A DNA stretch of 64,000 bases from Bacteroidota bacterium (GCA_037441645.1 JBBIRU010000010.1:34544-98543), one strand, 5' to 3'. Positions 28,844 through 36,985 are shown, counted from the first letter of the stretch. The notes: generated by a model from the sequence alone, not told the origin. A program made the numbers and translations.

Positions 28844-29500
28844 ATGAAATCAGAAAAAATAATAAGAAAAGGCATAGTAACCTTTGCAATAACAATATCC
28901 GGAATTTTTTCATTTTTAAATTCCGGTGCACAATGTGAAAAAAAAGATTTTTGCAGCGATGACTGGCGGGACGATTATGATTTCAGAAGCCAGTCTTCTT
29001 TTGCTAAACTATCGCCGGGAGATACATCGAGTGTTTCTGTAGTTCTTTATGGGAATCAGAAATACCGTATTTTCGTTTGTGCTGACGAAAAGCTCGGTGG
29101 CGTTACATGGAAAATTGTTAATCCTGAAAGAAAAACCAAACGTACCATACAAAGTATCAAAAAAGATACATTGGTCATCTATAAAACAAATGAAAACGGT
29201 GATTATATAACTGATGACCTCGGAAACCCGATTGTTAAAAGTAAAAATGTAAATATTGATACATTATGGGCAACCGAAAGGATTTCTGTCGATAAGGTAA
29301 TGTTTGACAGCAAAAAAAGTTCCGATAAACCTTATTTAGATGTTGTTCCCAAGAAAAGTGAAAGATATATTGTAAGAGTTACTGTCCCTGGAGGAGATCC
29401 AAATATAGCAGGGTGTGTAAATGTTTATGTGGGAAGAATTCCTGTAGGTTCAAAAAGCTTTAACAGGGGTGGAAACAATAAATCGGGCGATACTTATTAA
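28844..29500 (+). CDS. Secreted protein of unknown function
   Basis: 218 aa with an N-terminal hydrophobic signal (VTFAITISGIFSFLNSGAQC). It starts 16 nt after the previous gene and is followed by a strong terminator. Confidence 0.55.
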   Translation: MKSEKIIRKGIVTFAITISGIFSFLNSGAQCEKKDFCSDDWRDDYDFRSQSSFAKLSPGDTSSVSVVLYGNQKYRIFVCADEKLGGVTWKIVNPERKTKRTIQSIKKDTLVIYKTNENGDYITDDLGNPIVKSKNVNIDTLWATERISVDKVMFDSKKSSDKPYLDVVPKKSERYIVRVTVPGGDPNIAGCVNVYVGRIPVGSKSFNRGGNNKSGDTY

Positions 29501-29513
29501 GTATTAAAAAAAT

Positions 29514-29549
29514 TAAAAAAACCTCAAAGAAAAACTTTGAGGTTTTTTT
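29514..29549 (+). terminator. Rho-independent terminator
   Basis: aaaaaaacctcaaag-aaaaa-ctttgaggttttttt has a 9-bp stem (acctcaaag/ctttgaggt) flanked by A and T runs. Confidence 0.8.
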
Positions 29550-29606
29550 ATCTTAATTTTATACACTTTTTACATAATTCTGTAACTTTTTTGAATCTAT
29601 AGTATC

Positions 29607-29614
29607 TACTTTTG
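29607..29614 (+). promoter_or_regulatory. -7 promoter box (TActTTTG) for the PqqD/ATP-grasp operon
   Basis: tacttttg lies 26 nt upstream of the ATG at 29641 and just downstream of the terminator. Confidence 0.4.
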
Positions 29615-29640
29615 TACGAGCAAAATTAAAATCATAATTT

Positions 29641-29895
29641 ATGAACCTTAAAAAGAAAATTGCTGTTAGCGAAACCGGTTTTATTTTCGACCCCACAACA
29701 GGCGATTCATTTTCATTAAATCCTGTTGCCGCTGAAATTCTTACATTATTAAAAGAAGGAAAAAAAGAAGATGAAATAAAAAAATATTTTCTGAAGGAGT
29801 ACGATGTCGATGAACCCACTTTTGACCGCAGTTATCTTGATTTTGTGGCGATGCTCCGGCTCTATAATATGATAGAAGAAAATGAAAAAAACTAA
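29641..29895 (+). CDS. PqqD-family small protein (RiPP-recognition-element-like)
   Basis: 84 aa. GFIFDPTTGDSFSLNPVAAEILTLLKEGKKEDEIKKYFLKEYDVDEPTFDRSYLDFVAMLRLYNMI follows the PqqD pattern: a beta-strand, LNxxAxxIxxLL, a charged helix, Y-V, then DhxxFhxxL. The C-terminal tail is acidic (EENEKN). Confidence 0.7.
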   Translation: MNLKKKIAVSETGFIFDPTTGDSFSLNPVAAEILTLLKEGKKEDEIKKYFLKEYDVDEPTFDRSYLDFVAMLRLYNMIEENEKN

Positions 29896-30928
29896 AATAA
29901 CAGTTGCCGTTTCAGGCTTAAATAATACCGATAATCCCGGACCGGGAGTACCCGTAATCAGGGCTCTTCGTGAATCCGATATTTTCGATGTCAGAATAAT
30001 CGGGCTGGCTTACGAAAATCTGGAACCGGGTATTTACATGCACGATGTGGTAGATAAAGTTTACCAGGTACCCTATCCTTCCATCGGGAGTGATAAATTA
30101 CTGCAACGGTTAGCCTATATTCATTCCGTTGAAAATCTGAATGTACTCATTCCCAACTTTGACGCGGAATTATACTCTTTCATTTCTTTTGAGAATAAAC
30201 TTAACAAGATGGGAATCGCTACGTGGTTACCAACCATGGAACAATTCGAGGAAAGGCATAAAACAAAGCTTCCGGAATACGGTAAAAAATACGAGGTACT
30301 TGTTCCCAGGAGCAAACCAATAACAAATGTCACCGAAATTGCCGGACTGGCAAATGAATTCAGTTATCCCCTGCTTGTCAAAGGAAAATTTTATGACGCT
30401 TATGTTGCTTTTAATCCCGAACAGGTTGCTTTGTATTTTAATAAAATTGCAACAAAGTGGGGAGTTCCCATTATTATACAGGAATTTATCAGGGGAACTG
30501 AGGTAAATGTAATTGCTCTCGGCGACGGAAAAGGAAATACCGTAGGCGCTGTTCCCATGCGCAAACAATATATCACCGATAAAGGGAAAGCCTGGGGTGG
30601 AATAACTCTCGATGACCAGGATATGCTCAAGCTGACACACAAAATCATAAAAAAAACAAAGTGGCGTGGAGGAATGGAGCTTGAACTCATTAAAACAATT
30701 GACAGTAAATATTATCTTATCGAAATCAATCCAAGAATTCCTGCATGGGTTTACCTGGCTGTAGGGGCCGGACAAAATCTTCCCGAAGCGCTGGTAAAAC
30801 TGGCTATGGGTAAAAAAGTTAAGCCCTTTACCTCGTACGAAACAGGTAAAATGTTTATCCGTTATTCCTGGGATATGATTGTTGACTTAAAGGAATTCGA
30901 AAAACTATCCACCTTCGGTGAACTTTAA
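29882..30928 (+). CDS. ATP-grasp family ligase
   Basis: 348 aa. YPLLVKGKFYDAY (ATP-binding Lys), IIQEFIRGTE (hinge) and YLIEINPRIPAW (Mg/ATP E-x-N). The start overlaps the PqqD-like ORF by 14 nt. Confidence 0.8.
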   Translation: MKKTKITVAVSGLNNTDNPGPGVPVIRALRESDIFDVRIIGLAYENLEPGIYMHDVVDKVYQVPYPSIGSDKLLQRLAYIHSVENLNVLIPNFDAELYSFISFENKLNKMGIATWLPTMEQFEERHKTKLPEYGKKYEVLVPRSKPITNVTEIAGLANEFSYPLLVKGKFYDAYVAFNPEQVALYFNKIATKWGVPIIIQEFIRGTEVNVIALGDGKGNTVGAVPMRKQYITDKGKAWGGITLDDQDMLKLTHKIIKKTKWRGGMELELIKTIDSKYYLIEINPRIPAWVYLAVGAGQNLPEALVKLAMGKKVKPFTSYETGKMFIRYSWDMIVDLKEFEKLSTFGEL

Positions 30929-30969
30929 CCATTCATTATAACATTAAGACTAAAAAAAATAAACATACA

Positions 30970-32331
30970 ATGGAAAAGAAACGCTTTGAAAGACCGATTA
31001 TCAAAAAACTTCAGACCGGAATGCCCAATAAATTCGGAATGAAAACCGAATATGAACCCATTACTGAGATTGACGGAGTATCTGTAAAGGATTTAATTTC
31101 CAAACATGGAAGCCCGCTGTATATTATTTCTGAAAATACCATCCGCGATACTTATCATGAGGCTCACAGGGCTTTCAGTACGCGCTATCCCAAAGTTCAG
31201 TTTGCATGGTCGTATAAAACCAACTACATGAATGCTGTATGTAATGTTTTTCATACAGAGGGTTCGTGGGCAGAAGTAGTTTCGGGTTTTGAATACGATA
31301 AAGCCATCACAAATAAAGTTCCCGGGTCTAAAATTTTATTCAACGGGCCTGATAAAAGCGTGGAGGATCTTAAAAAAGCCATAAAAAACGGTTCGTATAT
31401 TCATATTGATCATTTTGATGAACTTTATACCATTATTGAGCTAACCAACAAAATGACCGAAAGGCCTAAAGTTGCCATCAGGGTGAACATGGATACCGGT
31501 ATTTATCCGCAATGGACACGCTTCGGGTTTAACTACGAAAACGGTGAAGCATGGGAAGCCATTAACCGCATTATTATTACTAAAAAGATTGATCTGGTTG
31601 GATTGCATTGCCATATCGGAACTTATATTTTAGCTCCCTGGGCTTATGGTACCGCAGCTGCAAAACTGGCTGATCTCGCTTCTGCCATAGATAAAAAATT
31701 CAAGCAACAGATAAAATATATTGATATGGGAGGCGGTTTTGCTTCCAAAAATACATTAAAAGGCGCATATCTTCCCGGCTCCGACACCTGCCCTACTTTC
31801 GATCAGTATGCAGATGCCATAACAACTGCTTTAATCAACAGCCAGATCAGTCCCGAACATTTGCCGGTTCTTATCCTGGAAACCGGGCGGGCCTTGATCG
31901 ATGATGCAGGGTTCCTGGCAGGAACCGTACTGGCAAACAAACGGCTCCCCGAGGGAAAACTGGCAACCATTATCGACATTGGTGTTAACCTGCTGTTCAC
32001 CTCTTTCTGGTACGATCATAAAATTACCCCTGCCCAGCCCTTCAGCCATCATACCGAAGATGCCATTATTTATGGTCCACTTTGTATGAACATTGATGTG
32101 ATCCGTGAATCTGTTCAGCTGCCCCCGATGAAAAAAGGGGACAATATTGTTATCAGCCGCATCGGGGCTTATAACATGACACAATGGATGCAGTTCATCA
32201 CACTTCGCCCAAATATTGTTATGATAGATAAAAACAGTAAGGTTCATGTAATCCGCGGAAACGAAACAGCCGGAATGATTTCAGAAAATGAAAACGTTCC
32301 CGCCCACCTTGCTAAATTTGACTTAAATTAG
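30970..32331 (+). CDS. Fold-type III PLP-dependent decarboxylase (Orn/DAP/Arg decarboxylase family), substrate unknown
   Basis: WSYKTNY (PLP lysine), HCHIGT, DMGGGF, ETGRAL, GPLCMNID (catalytic Cys region, diverged from CESGD) and GAYNM. Confidence 0.8.
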   Translation: MEKKRFERPIIKKLQTGMPNKFGMKTEYEPITEIDGVSVKDLISKHGSPLYIISENTIRDTYHEAHRAFSTRYPKVQFAWSYKTNYMNAVCNVFHTEGSWAEVVSGFEYDKAITNKVPGSKILFNGPDKSVEDLKKAIKNGSYIHIDHFDELYTIIELTNKMTERPKVAIRVNMDTGIYPQWTRFGFNYENGEAWEAINRIIITKKIDLVGLHCHIGTYILAPWAYGTAAAKLADLASAIDKKFKQQIKYIDMGGGFASKNTLKGAYLPGSDTCPTFDQYADAITTALINSQISPEHLPVLILETGRALIDDAGFLAGTVLANKRLPEGKLATIIDIGVNLLFTSFWYDHKITPAQPFSHHTEDAIIYGPLCMNIDVIRESVQLPPMKKGDNIVISRIGAYNMTQWMQFITLRPNIVMIDKNSKVHVIRGNETAGMISENENVPAHLAKFDLN

Positions 32332-32334
32332 TTT

Positions 32335-34533
32335 GTGAAAATCAGGCAAACAATAACTATAATATTAAAGGGGGCAGTATTCAGCTATCCCCAGATTTTT
32401 TTTTCACAAAGTAAAATTTTTGCCGCTTTTTTAATACTCATTACCTTTCTCGACCCTTTTATAGGTATCGGCGGATTGGTATGTATTCTGGCTGCCAATA
32501 CTGCCGCTTATTTCATCGGGTTGAACGAACATAAAATTTCAAGCGGTCTTTATGGTTTCAATGCCCTCCTTGCCGGGCTGGGAATTGCTTCCTTTTTTGA
32601 ACCGACATGGGAATTATACACGGTAATCGTTTTTTCCGGACTGTTTTCATTATTTGTTACAGTAGTATTCGAAGGAATTATCGGAAAGTATTACCTGCCC
32701 TTTTTAAGCATCCCCTTCCTTGTATCCTTATGGACGGTACTTCTTGCATCGGGTGAATTTAATGCCATCGGTATTTCGGAAAGAGGTGTTTACTTCCTGA
32801 ACGATTTATACAGCCTGGGAGGAACAACGCTTGTTAATTTCTATCACACCTGTAACGGGATAGCCATTCCTCTTTCGTTAAAATCATATTTCTTATCGCT
32901 CGGGGCTATTTTTTTCCAGGATAATGTTCTTGCAGGAATTCTTATATCTGCCGGGCTGCTTATATTCTCAAGAATAGCGTTCACCCTGTCACTCCTGGGA
33001 TATTATTCCGCTTTTTTCTTTTATTTGTTAATAGGAAGCGATATAACACAGGCTACATACTCTCATATCGGGTTTAACTTTATTCTTACCTCCATCGCGA
33101 TTGGCGGATTTTTCATGATCCCTTCAAGAAATTCGTACCTGTGGGCAATCCTTATAATCCCCATTACCTCGCTTATTACCATTGGGGCAGGCAGGATATT
33201 GGGAACCTGGTTCCTTTCGGTTTACTCATTACCTTTTAATATAGTTGTGCTGGTCTTTATATATACTCTCCGGTTCAGGGTACGTTTTCATAAATTTCTG
33301 ACCGAAGTGCCTGTTCAACAATTCATGCCCGAAAGAAACCTGTATAATTACGTTGTATCCGTTAACCGGTTCAGTAAAAGCTTCTCTACTTTTCCCATAA
33401 AACTACCTTTCTGGGGTGAATGGTTTGTGGAGCAAGGGCACAACGGGGAAATAACGCATAAAGAAGAATGGCAGCATGCCTGGGATTTCACCATTCATAA
33501 CAACGAAAATAAAACCTATAATACCCAGGGGGTTTCGGTTGAGAATTATTTATGCTACAATAAGGCAGTGGTAGCTCCCGCCTACGGAACAGTTGAAGAA
33601 GTTATTGATGGCATTCACGACAACAACATAAAGGAGGTTAACCTGAACAGCAACTGGGGAAATACCGTTGTAATAAAACATGCCGATTTCCTGTACTCCA
33701 AACTCTGCCACCTGAAACCGGGCAGCATTAAAGTTCAGAAAGGCGATTATGTAAAACCCGGACAAATTATTGCGGCTGTAGGAAACAGCGGACGTTCGCC
33801 CGAACCACATTTACATTTTCAACTCCAGGCCACTCCTTTTATCGGCTCAAAAACACTGAATTACCCCATCAGTCACTTTATTTCGAAAAAAAACAACCAG
33901 CTACTGTTTGAGTCTTTCGGAACTCCGAAACAAAGTACAGTAGTTTCGAATATTGAAATAAATCCCCTGATTAAAAAAGCATTTACCTTTATTCCCGGAC
34001 AAAAATTTTCCATTTCGGTAAATGAAAACGGGAAAGAAAAAAATATTAAATGGGAAGTTGTTACCGATATTTATAACAGTACATACATTTACTGCCACGA
34101 ATCGAAATCAGCTGCATACCTGTTTAACGACGGAACCATTCACTTCTTTAAGCACTTTGCAGGCGACAAATCATCTCTTTTATATTATTTTTATTTAGGA
34201 TGTTATAAAATAGCCCTGGGTTTCTATAAAAACCTGGAACTGGAAGATGAGTACTCTTTGTCCGAAATCTTCAGTTTACCTTCCCTGGTTTTACAGGACT
34301 TTGCAGCACCTTTTTTCCTGTTCATGAAAACGAGCTATAAAACCCGGTATTCGTATATAGATGACATGATAAACCCATTGCACATTACTATAAATTCCAC
34401 GGCAAAAACAATGATCACAAACAATGAAACCAACCGGATCGATTTCACACTTGAGATAGGCTCATCCGGGCTTGGAATATTTGAAGTAAATTCTAAAAAA
34501 AGAAAAATAAGAGCAGTCATTGTTGAATCTTAA
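32335..34533 (+). CDS. Polytopic membrane protein: urea-transporter-like (UT) domain fused to an M23/LytM-type metallopeptidase domain and an uncharacterised C-terminal domain
   Basis: A GTG start lies 3 nt after the upstream stop. The N-terminal roughly 320 aa have about 10 hydrophobic helices, with KGAVFSYPQIFFSQ and SSGLYGFNALLAGLG resembling UT-family signatures. The middle region has THKEEWQHAWDF ... GNSGRSPEPHLHFQL (M23 HxH motif). The last roughly 240 aa show no recognisable motif. Confidence 0.65.
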   Translation: MKIRQTITIILKGAVFSYPQIFFSQSKIFAAFLILITFLDPFIGIGGLVCILAANTAAYFIGLNEHKISSGLYGFNALLAGLGIASFFEPTWELYTVIVFSGLFSLFVTVVFEGIIGKYYLPFLSIPFLVSLWTVLLASGEFNAIGISERGVYFLNDLYSLGGTTLVNFYHTCNGIAIPLSLKSYFLSLGAIFFQDNVLAGILISAGLLIFSRIAFTLSLLGYYSAFFFYLLIGSDITQATYSHIGFNFILTSIAIGGFFMIPSRNSYLWAILIIPITSLITIGAGRILGTWFLSVYSLPFNIVVLVFIYTLRFRVRFHKFLTEVPVQQFMPERNLYNYVVSVNRFSKSFSTFPIKLPFWGEWFVEQGHNGEITHKEEWQHAWDFTIHNNENKTYNTQGVSVENYLCYNKAVVAPAYGTVEEVIDGIHDNNIKEVNLNSNWGNTVVIKHADFLYSKLCHLKPGSIKVQKGDYVKPGQIIAAVGNSGRSPEPHLHFQLQATPFIGSKTLNYPISHFISKKNNQLLFESFGTPKQSTVVSNIEINPLIKKAFTFIPGQKFSISVNENGKEKNIKWEVVTDIYNSTYIYCHESKSAAYLFNDGTIHFFKHFAGDKSSLLYYFYLGCYKIALGFYKNLELEDEYSLSEIFSLPSLVLQDFAAPFFLFMKTSYKTRYSYIDDMINPLHITINSTAKTMITNNETNRIDFTLEIGSSGLGIFEVNSKKRKIRAVIVES

Positions 34534-34543
34534 ATAAGAATAT

Positions 34544-35158
34544 ATGAAACAGATAACATTAATTTTTGTGTCCCTTTTATTTCCGGCACTCCTTTTAGCA
34601 CAGGAAAATGTGGATAATGTTTTAAAAGCATTCAGCCAGAGTTATACCAACGAAACCAAAGGCGATTATACCAATGCCATTAAAGATATAGTTGCCGTTT
34701 ATTCGGCCGATTCGTATGAACAGAATGTACGTCTGGGCTGGTTAAGTTACGAAGCCGGAAAATTTACTGAATCGGTTGCCTATTACGAAAAAGCGCTGGC
34801 TTTAAAACCCATGAGCGAAGAAGCCCGCATGGGCATTGTGTATCCTGCCTCGGCTCTCGGCAACTGGGACCAGGTTTTAAACCAGTATTTAAAAATACTC
34901 GAAAATAATCCCGGAAACACAACGGTAAATTACAGGATTGGCAACATTTATTACGAAAGAAAAGATTATGCTAAAGCTTTCACCTATTTCGAAAAGGTGG
35001 TAAATCTGTATCCTTTCGGTTACGATGCTTTGCTCATGTATGCCTGGACAAACCTTAAACTGGGTAAAAACCGCGAGGCCAATGTACTGTTTAATAAAAT
35101 CCTGATGCTCTCACCTAACGATACTTCTGCACTGGAAGGGTTGGGATTGATCAAGTAA
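34544..35158 (+). CDS. Secreted TPR-repeat protein
   Basis: Signal peptide MKQITLIFVSLLFPALLLAQ, with TPR-like units (AVAYYEKALALKP, YAKAFTYFEKVVNLYP). It starts 10 nt after the previous gene. Confidence 0.7.
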   Translation: MKQITLIFVSLLFPALLLAQENVDNVLKAFSQSYTNETKGDYTNAIKDIVAVYSADSYEQNVRLGWLSYEAGKFTESVAYYEKALALKPMSEEARMGIVYPASALGNWDQVLNQYLKILENNPGNTTVNYRIGNIYYERKDYAKAFTYFEKVVNLYPFGYDALLMYAWTNLKLGKNREANVLFNKILMLSPNDTSALEGLGLIK

Positions 35159-35202
35159 TGTTTTCATATTTATCTCTACCGTTTTAAGTTATTAAAAAAA
35201 TA

Positions 35203-35442
35203 CACTTTTGTCCGACTAAAATATTTTACATATCACGAATCAACCTGTTTTCCATATTTACAAATATTTCGCCGCCTACGGGGCTTTATTTTGAATCTTT
35301 TATTTTTCTACAAATATGTCGCCTCTACGAGGCTTAAAAAAGTGCTATAGGCACGATATATTTGTAACGCAAGTGGTTACAAAAAATAGAAAAAGTGCCG
35401 TAGGTACGACATATAATTATAAAAATTAGTCGGACAAAAGTG
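35203..35442. mobile_element. MITE-like nested palindromic repeat element (non-coding)
   Basis: Perfect 17-bp terminal inverted repeats: cacttttgtccgactaa (35203-35219) and ttagtcggacaaaagtg (35426-35442). Inside are two direct copies of tacaaatatNtcgcc..tacg.ggc (35259-35284, 35309-35333), followed by two copies in inverse orientation (35342-35366, 35395-35420). The outer flanks are A-run and T-run. Confidence 0.6.
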
Positions 35443-35483
35443 ATTTTTTTATTAATTTGGTCAGATGGAATGCCCTGATAATC

Positions 35484-35501
35484 TTCCGATAGCTATCGGA
35501 A
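35484..35501. repeat. Perfect 18-bp palindrome in the intergenic region
   Basis: ttccgatagctatcggaa. It is followed by aaccggtt (35500-35507) and tgataat-tt-attatca (35510-35525). Confidence 0.8.
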
Positions 35502-35703
35502 CCGGTTGGTGATAATTTATTATCATGGGTATTTCATATTATATGGAGCAAGATAATTTATTTGTTAAATTGTTACTAAATTACACAAACCTGTTTATAA
35601 CACACTATGTTCTTTGTTTCAATGATCTTCTTCATTTTTTTCGGTTTCATATTTTTGGCTTTTAAAGAGGAAAGAGTATAAGAAACACAGGGAAAGTCAT
35701 TGG

Positions 35704-36960
35704 TCATTTTATTACAAATCTCGCAGTTCTTCTGCTCAACTGGCGTACAAAAATCTGGCGGCTTCCTGTTACCCGCTTTATGGCTTCATCGGTATAATGA
35801 CGAACGGTTACCAGTTCGAGATTCTGATTATACAGAATCTGAAACGAAGAGTTCAGTTCCCCGATAAAATAATGAATTTTACTTTCGTCATTATCGGCAA
35901 CAATAGAAAAACTAATGGCCGAATTCTGCATCATGTTTGCCTTGATCCTGTATTTTGCAAGTTTTGCAAAAATAAGACTCATATTGTCCTCAGCAATAAA
36001 TGAGAAATCCTTGGGAGAAATGGATATCAATACCTGGTTGGTTTTGATAATGTATACCGGCGGAATAATCAGATTTTCGTGCACATCATGAATCACCGTC
36101 CCTTCTTCTTTATGTGCCAGGAATGGTTTTACATATAAAGGAATATTTTTGTTCTGTATAGGCTTGATTGTTTTCGGGTGAATAACCTGTGCGCCATAAT
36201 AAGCCAGTTCTATGGCTTCATGATACGAAATTTCTTTCAGTTTAACAGCATCGGGCATCAGCCGCGGATCGGCATTTAAAATCCCGGGAACATCTTTCCA
36301 TATGGTAACACTTTCAGCATCGAGAAAATACGCAAGCAGGGCTGCCGTATAGTCAGAGCCTTCCCGTCCGAGCGTGGTCGATTTCCCGTTCGCAGAACAA
36401 CCTATAAAACCCTGGGTTATATATTTACTTCCTTTTTGTTTGCCGAACGCTTCGTTTATAAGTTTTGTCGAAAGATCAAAATCAACCCTGGCGTCGCGGA
36501 ATGTTTCATCGGTGCGCAGGCATGTACGCATATCTACCCATTGAATATCGATACCCTGGGATTGTAAATAAGCAAAAACTATTCTGGAAGAAATTATTTC
36601 GCCCAGTGAAACAATTTTATCGTACTCGTAATCTTTTTCAAAAGAAGTTCCGGCAGCAATTAATTTTTCAGCATCATTAAACAGGTTCTCCAGGTCGGAA
36701 TAAACAGGGTTGTCGGAACCGGAAAAAAGCTCTGACACAAGATGATAATGAAAATCCTTAACTGTTTTAAGCATATCCTGCTTGTCGGGCATGCTCTTAA
36801 AATAGGAATTATGAACTTTTTCAAGGGCATTGGTCATTTTGCCCATAGCCGAAACCACAATTACCAGGTTCTGATCCTGTGTATCTGACACTATTTTTGC
36901 CAGGTTTCTTACACCTTCTGCATCTTTTATGGATGCGCCGCCAAATTTATATACTATCAT
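35704..36960 (-). CDS. lysC: Aspartate kinase
   Basis: 418 aa. MIVYKFGGASIKD, VVVSAMGKMTN, GREGSDYTAA, and C-terminal ACT-like repeats. Confidence 0.9.
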   Translation of the reverse strand: MIVYKFGGASIKDAEGVRNLAKIVSDTQDQNLVIVVSAMGKMTNALEKVHNSYFKSMPDKQDMLKTVKDFHYHLVSELFSGSDNPVYSDLENLFNDAEKLIAAGTSFEKDYEYDKIVSLGEIISSRIVFAYLQSQGIDIQWVDMRTCLRTDETFRDARVDFDLSTKLINEAFGKQKGSKYITQGFIGCSANGKSTTLGREGSDYTAALLAYFLDAESVTIWKDVPGILNADPRLMPDAVKLKEISYHEAIELAYYGAQVIHPKTIKPIQNKNIPLYVKPFLAHKEEGTVIHDVHENLIIPPVYIIKTNQVLISISPKDFSFIAEDNMSLIFAKLAKYRIKANMMQNSAISFSIVADNDESKIHYFIGELNSSFQILYNQNLELVTVRHYTDEAIKRVTGSRQIFVRQLSRRTARFVIK

Positions 36961-36977
36961 ATCATTAATAAATCACG

Positions 36978-36985
36978 CAAAAATA
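36978..36985 (-). promoter_or_regulatory. -7 promoter box (TAttTTTG on the minus strand) upstream of lysC
   Basis: The + strand caaaaata is the reverse complement of tatttttg. It lies 17 nt upstream of the ATG at 36960. Confidence 0.4.

Noticed and set aside
30227-30775. 182-aa and 96-aa minus-strand ORFs inside the ATP-grasp gene
   Set aside because: The + strand frame carries all the ATP-grasp motifs. The minus-strand frames have no motifs and odd composition.
35465-35512. 15-aa ORF (MECPDNLPIAIGTGW) as a candidate RiPP precursor for the PqqD operon
   Set aside because: It is separated from the operon by the repeat element, and it is built almost entirely from the palindromes (35484-35525). 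It has no leader-like features.
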